Below the pieces are notes generated by a model. That model had not been told where the DNA came from. It saw only the letters and a list, made by a program, of their open reading frames with translations, and searched no databases. 64,000 nucleotides of DNA, taken from NCBI GenBank assembly GCA_050084515.1, contig CM114271.1:28582001-28646000 (forward strand), given 5' to 3'. A program made the translations under genes and the position numbers. Below, piece after piece: positions 47,406 through 62,400 of this stretch (position 1 is its first letter; each line of letters begins with the position of its first letter). Origin of the DNA: Blasia pusilla (taxonomy: Eukaryota).

Positions 47406-50400
47406 TCAAGGCAAGAGAGTAACAAGTCGTGCTTTGAAAAGATTCCCCAATGCCCTGCGAACATCCATCTACAATCAAAAACAGAAAAATGTTAGAAGAC
47501 TTTAGAAGATCTACTGGTGTGGCAAGTATAGGTCATAGCAGACCATTTGGACAGAAGACATGGACAACTTTGATGATAAATTCCCACTCCAAAGAGATGC
47601 TTCAGCTCTGAGAAACTACATTCAGCTGCCGCACAGACCCAGGTAGAGAGTGAAAAAGAGTACCTGATCACTGCAGATAAGCTTGGTAAAATACGGGTAG
47701 AACTCAGGGAGATGCTTTTTGAACATTGTCTTCTCCATCTGACACATCGAATTTAACACCTACCCCACATTGCATTCAACATTCAGGAGCAGAAGGATAA
47801 AACATACCGAAGTGTTAACAAAACCGAAAGCTTCTAAAATCTAAATGGGATGTAAGATGCTGTTGGCCTACACATTCTTAAGAGGATCCAAAATGTAAGG
47901 TGCTGTTCGTTTCACTCTATATGGTTCTGGCTGTAACCCGCAGCATCTTACATCCTAATTTATGGCCCAGACACCATTGCTTGCTGAGTTTATTTCCATA
48001 CCTTCACTGTGACAGGAGATCGCAGTGATAGAGCTCGGTGAGCATCTGCTTGAACAGCCTCACCAGGTCCTGGTTGTAACCCAGCAGCCTCCTTCAAGAT
48101 GTGGCCATAAAAAGTGACCAATCGACGTTCAGCTTCATCATGAAGCCTGTCTTCTTCATCTTTCAAGCCAGTCTCCTTTTCATATTCTATGTCTGAGCTT
48201 GGTTCTTGATTTGGCCGATTAGTCAAACTTTCCTGTCGATTTGGCTCCTTCACTGGCTTTGTACAAGCTCGCTGAAGAACTGTCAAGTACAATTGTGTAC
48301 CCTCTACCTCTTGACGTAATAAATTAGGGGGGGGTCTGTACACAGAAATTACACATTAATTCCAAAAGGCATTCAACAGTATGTCATTGAGCAAAAGCAA
48401 CCCCTAATAATTGACCATGGTATCCTATCACAAGCCTGCATACCTGTCCCCAGACACTTGTTGCATGCGCAGGCGCAGGTTAGCATCAGAATCATAGGAG
48501 GCGGCAAAGTCCACCATAGACAAAAGTATGTCCATGATCACAATTTGGTGTAAAGGTTTCAAACGTTCCCAATGCTTTTTCTGCAAGCCCACAAATTTAC
48601 CAAGAAGTATATTTAATACATGACAATTGCCAACTGGGTCTGCAACAAAGTGGACCACTCATCTACACCACTTAGGAAGATTCTGCTGTGGTCTCACAAT
48701 CCTTCACTTCAGTCTTGAGCACTCCAACAAGTTATCCTTCAATTCCTTATGATCTAGAAGGACTTGTTTGCTTCGAATGTCGTTTGAAATCCAGTAGAGG
48801 CAGCATTCCTTGTAAGAACCTTGTGCGTTATAGGACGACAGCGTAGATAAAATCAGACCAAGAAGTAGAAGAGCTACATATGAAATTATACTCACAGGCA
48901 GTATCAGAAACAGGATTGGAAATACGATGAAGAATTTGAATGTCTACCTGAAGACTATCAAGTGCCCCAAGTAGCAGTAGTTGAATGACACACTTAGATC
49001 TCACACAATGAAGTAGGGACCCTTCGTCCTCTCCTTCACTTAGGCCCAGGTCTTCATCATCGACAGTCTACAGTGAACCCACCATGGCACCATAAGCTTT
49101 AGAAACATTTTTCCATCACTAATGAAGACGGAAATTTGACTAAAGACATATTTGTACCTGAGTAGAAGTATTCAAGTTGGGTGCATCCGATGTTCTACTT
49201 TTCCCCTTGAATGTGGGTAAGTTTTTTAGCATCAATGTGTCCATGAAATTCCCCATGAATTTTCTCCCCTTTTGAACCCCAAAAAAGCCTCCAACCAAAC
49301 TTTTTGGTTCCTTTGGAGATGCAGGAGGGAGTGTAGTCTCAGGACCTTGAAAAAAAACAGAAGAAAACACATCAACACTCCTGGTAGCTGATCACTTGGC
49401 GGTTTCCAATCACATGACCCCTACCCAGTCCAGGAGAATCATTACTTCAACGAGTGCAAACATTCAACTTTCAACTTCTGATTCAGGCGATGTGTGTATA
49501 CAGAAATAGTGAAAGTAAATTGGAGTGCTTACCTTCCAGATCTCCGACACTATGCTGATCACCATCAAGAAATTCAAGTGTCATTCTACGACCAGACTTG
49601 TTTACATCACCGTTACTAGTAGTAGTTGGCATCCCAGAGTAATATTGTCCATTCTCATGTGTATCCAGACTATCTCCATCTGACATGCCAGCCTCAGAAG
49701 TTGTTCCAGTAGGTGTCTGATCGCCCGAGTAACCATAATTTGGAGTATTGATGCCCCCCCTCTTTGACCCAGATCGGTAATCTAATCCGAAGCTCAGAAC
49801 ATTATCAGGATTAAGAAGCTCCACAGGCTGAGTGGTGTAACACGCGTCCCTGGACCCATCAACACAAATTAAAAAATAAGCAGATTAGTGAGACCGCATT
49901 GCCTCCAGACATTACATCAAAGAGATCACAAGGACAAGTAAAATTGGATTATCAACGAACCGAATGCTGTCCAAAAGCGTAGTCCAATCCTTGTCATCAA
50001 ATTGATATCCTCCAACTTCCATAAGGCGCACCAAAGCACCCACAGAGATGGAAGCCAATGTTTGGTCTGGTCGTGTTGCACAGTCTAGCAATAGACTTAA
50101 TAGGGATGGCAGTAAGAAAGACACTTCCTGCATGCCAAATGTTTCTCTGATTAGTGATTATCCATCTCACCAACACAACACCAAAATACTGGAGGATGAT
50201 ATCAGAGGAATGAGAGTTTACAATAGTCATCAATAAGCGACTTCATCAACATTGGCACTCAAAAGCATGGGATTGTCTGCATTCTTAGCTCTGAAGATCA
50301 ACTTTTCCTTGAGCTTGCATGGAATTCAACAGCGATTGAAATTATATAAATTTTAAAACACCGTTGAGCCCATACCTTGTAAAAGCTAGAAAAGAGGTCA

Positions 50401-53400
50401 CAGAGAAGCTGGAGAGAATGAATGCATGTCTCTCGCAGCCATTCATCAGAAGATGCAGCTGGCTTTTCCCCATCTTTTCCAGCATGCCGGACATAGTCAA
50501 AAATTGGAAACAATACTCTATGGAAAACACTTTCCCAAAAAGTGGAGGAAAACTGGTGTCCTCTCTCTTTCAGAAGGTCGAAGAGAACCTCCAAAGCACA
50601 ATTTCTGACCTCCAGTCGTGGATCCGAAGTTAGGTCAGATAGACCCGCAAGCATTGGAAACCAATAATATTCTGCCACTTCTAGGTCTCCTTTCCCAGAA
50701 TCTTCTATTGGCCGAGACATACCCCCAGGAATATGGCCCTGGCACATGCACAGGATGAACTTTTAGAAAGAGAAACATGTTACCACAACCAGGCAAGGGT
50801 TCCAAGAGTCTCAAAACGATAAATGCAATAAAGCTACGGTGAACCCTGTCCAATGTCCCAATACGGGGGTAATCACGTCCCAAGAGTGTCACAAAAATGA
50901 GTACAATACATTTTCGGTGCCTACTGTAGAATGTCCTAATCAGACTGTAGGGTGCACAAATAAATAAGCAGCAGAAAATTCTCAAGAGATTACTAGAGAG
51001 CTGACTACATTTTCTAGTTGCAAGTAAATCTTTCAACTACATGGATGTCGATACATAGTACCTCCTTATAATTTCTTACGTCACAAAGTAACTTACCTCA
51101 GCAAGCCTATCCTCGCATATTCGCAGCAGAGCAATTGCCTTCAAACTTGTCCGTGGACTAGATTTATTGTTAGCAAATGCAATCAAGCAGTTGACACAGT
51201 CCATGAAGCAATCTCCAACTACTTGATCAAAATGTTCTAATATCACTGCACCCACAGAACCAGTTGCTGTGTTACATTTCAAACTGTGCATGTGTTGCAC
51301 AGCACATGTCCCATCCTAAACCAATACTCATTGATACTGACTTTGAATATGAATCAAGGCAGAGTTCAAAGTAGATCAACTAGAAACACAAACAAAGCAG
51401 TTCAAAAGGGCTTACCTTGTTCCACGTTTTCAAAAGCAATATCCGCAATGGACTCGGTATCATCGTACGCTGCAGTGGTGAACACCATGAAGACACTTTT
51501 CCAACCTGATTTTATGCTTCCTACCTTAGACTTTATCATCTGCAATACTTGAAAAGTAAGAGCAAAGGAGGTTACCTTATCCTTTCATTTGGGAACTCCA
51601 ACACTGCTAATGATCAAATAACTCCAAGAATTTGTGGATAGTGCAACTTACAATACACAACTTCTTCAAACAAAAAAACAGCAGATTTTTGTTTAATGGA
51701 ACATAAATATGATTGCATGGTGTAGAAACCCACCTGAACAATGCAGTCCACTATGAGGGCACGAATCGTTGCACTCTTGCTACTCCGGACAAGGATAACA
51801 AATGGCTTCAAAATATCATTCTGGAACGTGTAGTTAACTAGTTCAGATCGCTCAAGGTACTTGATCCCAAGTTGCCTCAATGAATCAATTGCATACATAG
51901 CAATTTTCTCATCCTGGTGACTCCCAGCAGCCACAAAATGTAGAGATAGTACAGCCCATATCCGGGCCCATACCTGCAAAGAAAACACCAAATTCCATAT
52001 TTCACTAAAAGCCTCTTTCAATCAGCTGACAGCACTCCTTTAAGAGATAAAAACCATAGACATTTTCTTACATTTGATAACTTCTTCCAAAAACCCTAAA
52101 TCCTTTCTCCCTGAGGAGGAAAGATGATCCATGGATGTGACATGAAGTAGTATTACACATTCTCATAGGAGACATAAAGGGAGGAGTATGCAACAGTCAG
52201 TCACCTACTTACAACTTGGACGAGCAATAACATCATGCAGACAGAAAAAGTTTCTCCTTCCAGGATAGGGCAGCTAAGAGCAAATATGCATCTCCAAACT
52301 GCACTAGCTACTCCCACTCTTGGTTTGGCAATGAGTGTAAACAGCAATCAAGGATAATTAATTCAACAGGGGCAAACCCAAGCTCTACACAGATCTGGTT
52401 GATGATAAGTTCTTCCAAAGGAGTACAGCACAGAAAAGAGGCAAATACATTTCTGACAAGAATTCAGACCGTGAACAACAACTCATGAACACCTCTCCAT
52501 CCTTCTGGACAACTTTAAGCATAGAAAAGGCCACTAACTTCGACACGAGCTTCCGGTCTGGGCAGCATATGGTCACAAAGTTTGCAATTATGGTCTCTCT
52601 GCACTGACCAACCCATGGCTAGATGAAGATGGAGACATACCTGACCTCATTACATCAGAGGAACTGGCTCCAGGTACTACACAGTAAACCAGGGCCATAG
52701 ATAATATCAAGCACAGATTTTCAGACTGGACAAGGAAGATATTGCTAGGATTACCACAAATTGTTCAGTCCTGCAGTTCAAAAAGGATTCCTGCTCCTGT
52801 GACAGATGAATGTTATCCTACCGTCTTCAAACCGGGAGATCAAATAGATCCCTCTGACCACAGACCAATCACAGTTAGCTTGCTGTTCGCCAAACCATGT
52901 GGCCTGGTTCTGGAGAGAAAGTTAAGTGATTGGACAAAGAAGCTGAAGGCTTGGCCTCAAGAGCATGTTGGCACCTGGACATCACAGGAACCTCAGCATA
53001 AACCATTATACTCAAGGTACTTGAGGAAACATCCAAAGATTAAAATCAATCATGAGTAAATTACTACATCTACATTTCGGAAAGCCATTTGACACATTTC
53101 CAAGGCTGTCCACACAGCTTATGTCTGTCACATTGACACATAAAACAAGGCTGTCCAGTGTGTGTGTGGACTGTCTCTTGAAAACGCATCAATCAGTTAT
53201 CAAATTGCTACTGTGTACATACGAAATTGTCTGGATATAGGGAAAAGCAAATGCTTTCCAACACTGCCAAGGGAAACTCTGTAACCTTGGCAAAAATTTG
53301 GGAAAGGAAGTCAATCTGTATCAAAGAAAGGTGCACGATCTTTGGTTTAATCACATAGCAGCTAGGACGGTGTAAATCTTCACAAATTAGATGAGGCCAA

Positions 53401-56400
53401 TCCTGATGTAAAAGACATCATACGAGGGTGTATCTACAAAGGCACCACATTCAATCCCAAACAATAGGCAGTTAACTGGCAATCAAAACTACAGTAATCA
53501 GGTATGAGGGACACTTATCGACTGCACCAACGATAGAAACATGCACCAGTGACTCACATCACACACGTTCTCACAATTCAATGGTACAGTAGTATACACC
53601 ACACTCCATGGCTCTGAAGTTTGGGGGCAAAGTTTTCATAATTTTCCAAGTCTGGAGAGAAAACAAGGAATGGCCAGCCACATTGCCTTGGCATCATGAA
53701 AACCACACCTCAGGATTTGGAGTGGTCATAGTTCAGGAGATCCCTGGAGACATAATACATGTTCTTAAGAAATTTTTAACTGTTCTCCAGCACGAAGAAG
53801 ATATCAATGCTGATGATCCTAATCAGCTTCATGACAGAAATTTCTACAGACAGCTCTTGCTGGTGCCAAACACTGGTGCTATGATTGTGGACAGAGGCTT
53901 CACAAGAGGACCATGCCAATTTATAACCTGCCAAGAAGCAGTACTCTCTACCAGATGGACACTCTCAGCAGGAACAATAGGAGAGAGGCATCTAAAAATG
54001 GATTAGAAGATGACATATCTTGATGAATGTTGCATCTTGACACCTCTCAGCACCTATGTCTACTAAAAAGTATTAGGCACTGTGTCAATTCAGATGTAGC
54101 TTACCAGACAGTTAGAAAGCCTCGAGTTTTTCCTTCAAAACAATGAAAGAAAACCTAAATAGATTTGAGGGACTTAATAGTTCAGAGCATCACCAACCCA
54201 AATGCAGTTCCTCTAGGAGAACTATAATAAGGGTTTTCACTAACCTATTCGGGGGAACTTACTCAATTTCATGTCCAATAGGAACAAGGTTCAAATAGTC
54301 AAGTTTTAGAATATTCTGTGAGTGCTTTAATAAATCATCTAGTACAGTTTTACCTTCCCTAGGCATCCTTGGCTTCTCCTATTACTACGTTCCTAACAAG
54401 GCATCATCTAGCCTGCCCACCTGTCACAAATATTGGAATTTCAGGTTCAATGGTCCTCCTGGGTCCCATCCGCAATAAATCAGTTCATTCATTCCACAAG
54501 GAGAAAAAATCAGCATTAAAGGGAGATTCAGCGGGAAAAAAATTAGAAGAAACCCCAAAGGAAAGGCACCGGAAAACATCTTATAAACCGAAGAGGAATA
54601 ATATCCACACCATACGGATACGAGCCATGTTGTAGTAGCTGATCTCCACAAGCTTTGTCAAACTGAACACTCGGGCAGGCACTTGCTTCAACTCCTCAGC
54701 AGAGACACCACACAATGCTGTGAAAAACTCCACAATAGCTTCACTGGGAAGTTTCACACTATTCACAAAAACCTGCTCCGTAGGTTTCCCCGTGAGCTCC
54801 ACTAGGGATTGCAGCAAAGCATCCCTTGAGATTTGATTTGAGCCTAGCATGAGAGTGGCTGTGATATTTGTAGATGTAGTAATGAACTCTAATCTTGAAA
54901 CACACTCTAGAACTGCATTCCAAGTATCTTGCAAAGCATCTGGCTCTCCCTGACATAACGCTAGCAAAGTCCTTAAGGCTTCGACATTTTTGCTCCGCAT
55001 CTCCTTTGGTGCATGTAAGAAGGTGAACCTGTGGCAGTTTAAACTTTCCATGGTCAGATCAGAAACTCATAATGCCACATGCTGCTTTAACTATGATCAG
55101 CTAAACCCATAAACTACCTCATGACGCCAAGGAAGGTGACTTGATCAGCCAAAACTAGCCACAACTTGATCAAGAAAGTTAACTCAAATTTACCTTACAA
55201 GAGACGTAAGAAAAGCATAACGCATGGTTTCCATGCCAAGAACTTTCGTTAGATGAATGCCCATTCGGAATCCCTCCATACAGAGGAGAACGCGAGGTTT
55301 GTTGTCACTGTCTTCCATAGTCACAGAAAATGCAGCTAGAAGAGGCCATCCAATAGCTTCTAGCATTGGACGAGCTATCTCCAAATGCTTCGCCTTGTGA
55401 AAAATACCTCTTTTAACTCCTCCTTTGAACAGAGCTTGTGTGCGCTTGACAATCTCTTCACTTTCCTTTTTAGTGTCTGTAGCAGCTTTGTGCTTTGCAA
55501 AGTTCAAGTTCAGAATATTGACTAGGCGGTTCTTTTGCTCCTCATCTCGCTTGTGTTTTAGGCTCTTGCTCAGCTGTGAATTTTCATCCTTCAGCTTGAT
55601 TTCATCCCTAACAATTGAATCATATATCTCTTCTAGCATCTCCTGAGACGCATGCTCTTCTTGGTCACCTGAAGAATTGATTCGAACAAAGTCGGCCTTT
55701 GACATCTTCGGCCAAACCATAGGATTGTGAGCATCTGTGTTCAGCATAATGACAGCATAAGCCAGTACATATGCTGTGTCTGCGTTTGTGAAGAGAGTAG
55801 GATTATCTCGACAATACCTGCACATCATACATACATGAATAAGCACATCCCCACCACCTATCCTACCAAAAACCCTCTACTTGTTGTGGAACTTGAAAAT
55901 TTTAGTCAGCTCAGCAAAATGAAATGAACTGAACTACAAATGGAAGTGATGACAGAACGGCATAGCATGATCGCAGTAACCAGGGGCCTAGGACAGGCAA
56001 GACCAGGAAAGTATTCACAACAATAGACCACGACCCTAGAGAAAGCCACCTGCGAATCAAAAGTAATTCTCACGCCCTTTGCCTGAGAATTCTCAGACTT
56101 TCCACATAATCCCAGAAATTAGTTGCAAAGCCACTTCTGACTTTTAAAACTGATAAAGAACCTTCATCACTGAAGAAACATAGAATGTGTGCACGAAGTA
56201 AATCCGGAGTACATCCAAAGTACAATAAAAGAATGTCCTTCATTCCTAAATCTAATGAATCTCATTATGTTCTCCATATACAAATCACCCTTGACAAGAA
56301 CACCAATGAGAAAAGTAAAACTCCGCCAGTAGGACACATCTTCACACAAAGCAATCACAGATAGTACTTCATCTAATTACTGATTTGAGGACTAACCGCT

Positions 56401-59400
56401 CTGCAAACTTCTCCATAATACGATCAATCTTTTGTGCTTCTCCCGGAAGTCGGAATCCTTTCAAAAATGTCCGAATAGCCTGATCAAACTTCATGCCTTC
56501 AAAATTCATGTCGTCAACATAGGCATGCATGACACTCAATTGAAACTCCTCATGCTGGCCCAGATAGTCACCGATCATGGTCTGCAATCCCACCAGTCAC
56601 AAAGGTTACCACCAACTTGTGCAATCTTCAGCCGAACCTTACAGGTAGTCCTCCCAAAGGATGTAACGAACAAATCTGACTGTCTGCAGCCAGCTCAGAA
56701 AAGAACATACCTTGTCTAATCCAGGACTCCACAGAAATTGAGCTATGGCTGCTGGGTCTCGCGGGAATAGCTTGTTTTCAATGACAAAATTTACACCTTT
56801 GGAAGGCTTCCGATTGAACTGCACAAAAAAATGTTTTCCTGGCGATATGAGAGTTTGCACACATTTCAAAACTCACAAAAGCTGTGTCAACATCACGAGA
56901 TCTTCTTTGAATCCCAATTTACCATCTGAAGATAAACTTCACTTCAATCCAGCCAGTGGAAAACTTTTGTTCAGTTTGCACCAACAAGCACACTCTCTGA
57001 ACCTGATCTCCATATTACTAAAACATAAAGACACTGCTCCTGCAATCATGTGAGACAATGACACATACGATGAAGTTCATGGCAAAGCATAACATGGAAT
57101 TCCAAAGGAGAACAAGAACCTGTCCATTCTAACGAACATCATAAACATACAAAAATACGGAACACAAGATGCTGGAATACCTCAGCAACAGCAGCCTCCA
57201 TCTTTGACTTGAAGTCTTTAGCCTTCTCAACTTTATCAGCCTGCGTCTCAACCTTCACTTCCTTGAGCTCTGACTCATTACACTGCTCACTAACAGGATA
57301 ATCTCCTGAATTTTGATCTTCTATCGAAGGTACTTCCGACAGGACTGCCGGAACTGCAGTTGTTTGTTGATGTGTAGCAGTATACTCCATGAGTGATTTT
57401 AAAACACTAACCAAACACTGAATCCAACCAAGCCCCAATCAGTAGGAAAATAACAGCAGTCTTGTTAAAGCAAGCTCTAACAGTGCAGAAACCTACAAAT
57501 TGTCTTCATATTGATTTGAAACCTCGACCTCAAACCAAGCTTTGTTTCTGGACTATGAAGGAAAGGAAGGGTAAATGATTCACACTTGTAGAGAAGAAGC
57601 TTTCAGAGCAGTGTTCTGAGCTACCACAACAGTATTTGGATCAACAGCTGGAGTCCCTTGCGCAAGCTTTGACAAAGAATTAACCTTCAAAACAGATAAC
57701 AACTCTCATGTTAGTGCAACAGACCTCGAGCAGCTAGCGATTGAATGTTCAAGGTTGAAAATACACTCCAAACACAAGCATCAAAAAGTATTCACAGTGT
57801 TTTGAAATACACAGAACTAAACACCGAACATCAAGAAATTGCACCAAGAATTGGCGAAGTTAAATCATCATGGCAAGATATTCGACCAGATAATTTAGTA
57901 CCAACTTACATCTACCTTTCTGAATATATCAAATTAAAGAATCTGCAGATGGGAAAAAACTGATGGACAAAAGCCAACTCACCATGCGCTCAAACAAGTT
58001 GGTAGCTTCTAAATCACAATCATAATTGACAAAAACATCAGCGAGCATCTGAGGTTCCCTGCACACTTTCTCCAACATCCTGAATTCAAAGAAGTCAGAG
58101 AGTAATTTGATGGAACCAAAACCTGACAACCTGCTGGTCAGTGAATTTCTCTTATACCACTTAACTTGTGGCTTGAAAATTGCAATCAGAGACCTCTGAA
58201 AGGAAAAATCAATCACTGAGGACTAAAAGCCTAAAAGCCTCTACTTCAAGTCAATTCCGATGCACCAAAGTAGACAGTCACCAAGAAACTTATTTTCTTA
58301 TGCCACCCTTACCACTGTGTCTTGGAACAAGATACCAAATGTGACCAAATAGACAGAACATTAAACCATGCACTTTCAGGGAATAATATTTTTTCCAACC
58401 GGACTCACTTAAGGACTGCAATTCGCTGATGTTGAGGACTTTCAGGCGTATCAAGTGCCCTCAACACAATCAAAGGGAAAAACACTCCAATCTCTCCCTG
58501 TATAGCACAGTTGGAGTTTTTAGAAACAGATTTACGCAAGTTATCAACAAAACTTTAGGCCTCCATGAACAAAGCTTTTGCATCAAAAACATGTGTACCC
58601 AATCCTGTTGAGCCAATCAACAACAAGGTCAATGTGGGACTGCACTTGTAAAACACACTTTTCAATCATCTGCAGTGAATTTTGTAAGTTTACCTTGAGA
58701 CTCTCTCTGAAGCGAAGTAACAATGTCGTGAAAATGCCACACGCAAACTGCAAACCAGTAGCATGCATGTCATCCAACTCTCCCAAACAATGCCAAGCAA
58801 GCCAATTTTAAATGACATGACTGCTGATCATAACAATGCTTTGTTTATACAGCTTCTGGAATAAGAAACTTCAAATTGATCATGGTGATAGCATGTCCTT
58901 TGTTCATCAAAGGTTCACTTCATGATGAGCACCATTTTATCTCTTCGAACAGCTGCATTCAAGGAACCACTTAACATTTCTGCAGAGATGCTCTCTCTTT
59001 GATATCACAAATCCCATCAGCCTAAACAATGCCATCTCAAAGCAGATTTAAATGAGCATGGCTGTTGACCATAATTGTGAGTTCTTCAACATCTAGTATA
59101 ACGAACGGCAAATTGGTCTTTGCATGTCCTTTGTTCATCGAGGTTGCCTTCATGATGAGCCTTTCAGCATTTTAACCACCTCTATCCAAGACACCACGAG
59201 TAACACGACATTTCCACAGCATGACACTCTGATCCATGTGACAAACCTGATAAGTGGTTGCATCTGGAGGGACACATGCTCTTAGGAGAGCATAGCACAG
59301 GTAAGCTTTCACAGAATCGAGAAAGGCAAAATTGACGGTGAAGGCATGGCCTACAGTCTCCAGCAGACTCTGTATGATGAAAATTGTAAAAAATTAGACT

Positions 59401-62400
59401 TCAGCTTTGCCATTTTCAAAGTTCCATAATATACAATTAAAATTGGAACAAATAATCACTAGATCTTCTTTGACTGAACCTTTTCCAAATTGAGGGAAAG
59501 GCTTTCATCATAAACTCATTATAAGAATGACGTCAGAAACACTTTAAATATCCTGGACTCACAGTCAAGGTTAAGATTGAGGTCCCGAAAGAAGACTTCA
59601 TAATGCCTACATCCTGAAAAAGTATATAGAAATGCTTCATTGCATAGGAGAGAAGTATCACACCTGAAGTAACTCAAGGGAAAGTAACTTCATCTTAGGA
59701 ATTATCTCTTCTGCTCCTTCCTTCATTGACATCTGTTCCACAGAAAAGCATCAAAACGAATCTGAAAATTAATGATCAGGTATGCTTCATATAACTGGTA
59801 GATCTCATAGATAGGAGAGTGTACAGAATCAACGAGAAAAGTTTTCTGCCAACGGAAACCCTGTGAAGAAAGCGTGGACAGTGCAAGGGAAAGGTGTTAA
59901 GAAAGATGAAGATCATTGCATGTCACCTTGCAAAGGGTTCGGAAGACAAGGAGGGCATCCCTTTGGCATATTGTCAAAGTTTCCAGGTCCATTCCTCTAC
60001 AAAAGATAAACTTTCTGTTATCTGGCCAACATCTTCAAATCTTTCGAGTGCGTACTTCTTGACATGAAGAATTCCCCCATAAATTACTTCTAGAGCCCTC
60101 ATTACAGCAATGCAAATTCAAATTAGCAAGCCAAGATTCAACTACAAATTGTATCACAAGCTTGTGAAACTTTCAGAAGTATCAAACCAGCACGCTTCAA
60201 ACTTCTGAGTTCTAATATGGCTTACTCATTAGTCTTTATCCCACCCTCAGATTGGACTGCCTTGTCAAGCACAGCTTCCAGACCCTGGAATCCACATGTA
60301 AGCAGAGTCAGCAAGTATGGAATATTCCATGGCCTCCATGGACAAGTAATTGACAGCAAATGCATGTACCCTCACAACAGAAACGAAGTACCCTACATTT
60401 CAGTAGAAGGAAAATGGGGTGATTATCCACTAGTGGTTCAACATTCAGAATCCCCCAAAATACACTTTGATGCAAGATGTGATATTCTGCACCCAAACAA
60501 AAAACTATCACAAGGAAAAAAACAGTAGTTCACAGCAAACAGGAAACCTAACACAATAGTCTCAGGTTGTCTAATTGCACAAGTACAGGAAATCTCTCTC
60601 AAGCTCCGGTTCTTACCATTAGAAGCAATGATCTGGAAGTGAAGATGAAAAGATAGCTTCAAACAGGTATATGAAAGACTCCTCAAACCTTGATGTCAGC
60701 ATCCCCTGCAAGATGTTGAAGTGCTTCCAAAGTGACAGATTCCCCAACAGCAGATGGAGTTGAACCCTCTGCAGCAGCATTTTCATCACTGCTTCTGTCC
60801 ACTCTTTCAGTGTCCCCTCCAAACTGACCGGATCTGCTGTCAGCCTCAGTGTCAAGTTGAGAAGACTCACTGTGTGAAGACGCTTCAGGAACCTGCACGT
60901 GTATGTTTAAATTATGGTCAGAAATATAGAGAATTTTCCGATGTTTGGAAAGAACCAAAGACAGAAAATTCTGCATGAATATAAAGATAGCAGCAGACTC
61001 CCCACTGTTAGTATGGGAGTCCTCTCCCGTACTGTGTTTCATCTGAAAGCACAAAATAGACCTTATCCAAACCGTACAAGAAAATCTAATTGTTCTTGTG
61101 TGCACAAAAGCCAACAAGATTGAGTAGCCCCCTTCACCCTAAAACTAAGTCCCATGGCTCTGTGGGGTCCCCGTGGACAATAAATCTATTCATTCATTCA
61201 TTCATTGGCATTATTCTAAATTTGTACTGGCTACCTTTTACACAGAGGACATTGACTCTATGAAATTAAAAAAAGGGCTCAGATCAGAAGGGAATTTAAT
61301 TCCACAGAGGGAACTATACCCTATCTCAAAGCACTTTCATCACTGGACAATTTCCAAAAAAATGTGACAAAAACATAGTCCGAGTAGTGCAAGCAGGTAG
61401 ACCGTTGCACCTGAGTCTCCGACTCCATTCTCTTAAATACAATGTTGATCATCTGAGTAAGCGTGGCCTTTGCAGTCGCTTGATTCACTACACTCTTGCT
61501 GCAAAGTGATTCATCCAAGAAATTTAGTTGTTCCACATTTGGCCATGTTTGACATTTTCTTAGAATCCAACAGCCCTAATCCCTCCATTCAATGCCTCAC
61601 TTCTACATATGATAAAATTCAAAGCAGTTTCAGAACCTTCTAATCAGGTGCCTTTTATGCCGAATTTATAAACTTAACACATATCTTACTAAACCCATGC
61701 GTATCCCCAATTCTTCCAAGGAATATAACATGCCATCAAAACCCATCGTCAAGGTTACCTGCTGACAACGATGTTGTAGCATGTCCTTATAGAGGTCAGC
61801 AAGCATTCGCCATGTACTGTAAACAAATTTACAAATTCATTCAGTGATATGTGAGGAGGAAGATGCTGTCACAGATGATGGGATCTCGCTGACTCCTCAG
61901 GCAAGAGCCCGATTGTTTACCAATCAATATAGCCAGCTGATGCCGTATATGACAATCTTGAACACATATGCTAAACACACTCATGAGTTCAAGTTCAATT
62001 CCCAACAGCCTTCAAAACTATTTGCATGCATTTGATCTGACACTTCTCAAGCAGTTGCCAACTGCAGAGCTTGGCCCAGTCACTTGGCACAGGCACTCAA
62101 ACCATTAGGTAATTGTAAGTAGTCTTATTCGTTGTTCCACAATATCATCTTCACATCTTTCAACAGACTTTTAAAATGCCAGAATTTTTCAAGACTCTTC
62201 TTCTATACACACAAAAGACCCACTTGTGTTCTCTCATTAAATGAACTATTTGACATCTATGGGGGTACTAGAGCTACTTCGCACTAGAATATGCAGTAGC
62301 CACAGTTGTGGTCTATTCATCTTATCACCAGCATATTTGATGATGTCAAGGGGAACAAGTTTTACTGCCCTAAAATTAATTCCAATCGCCAATTCAAACC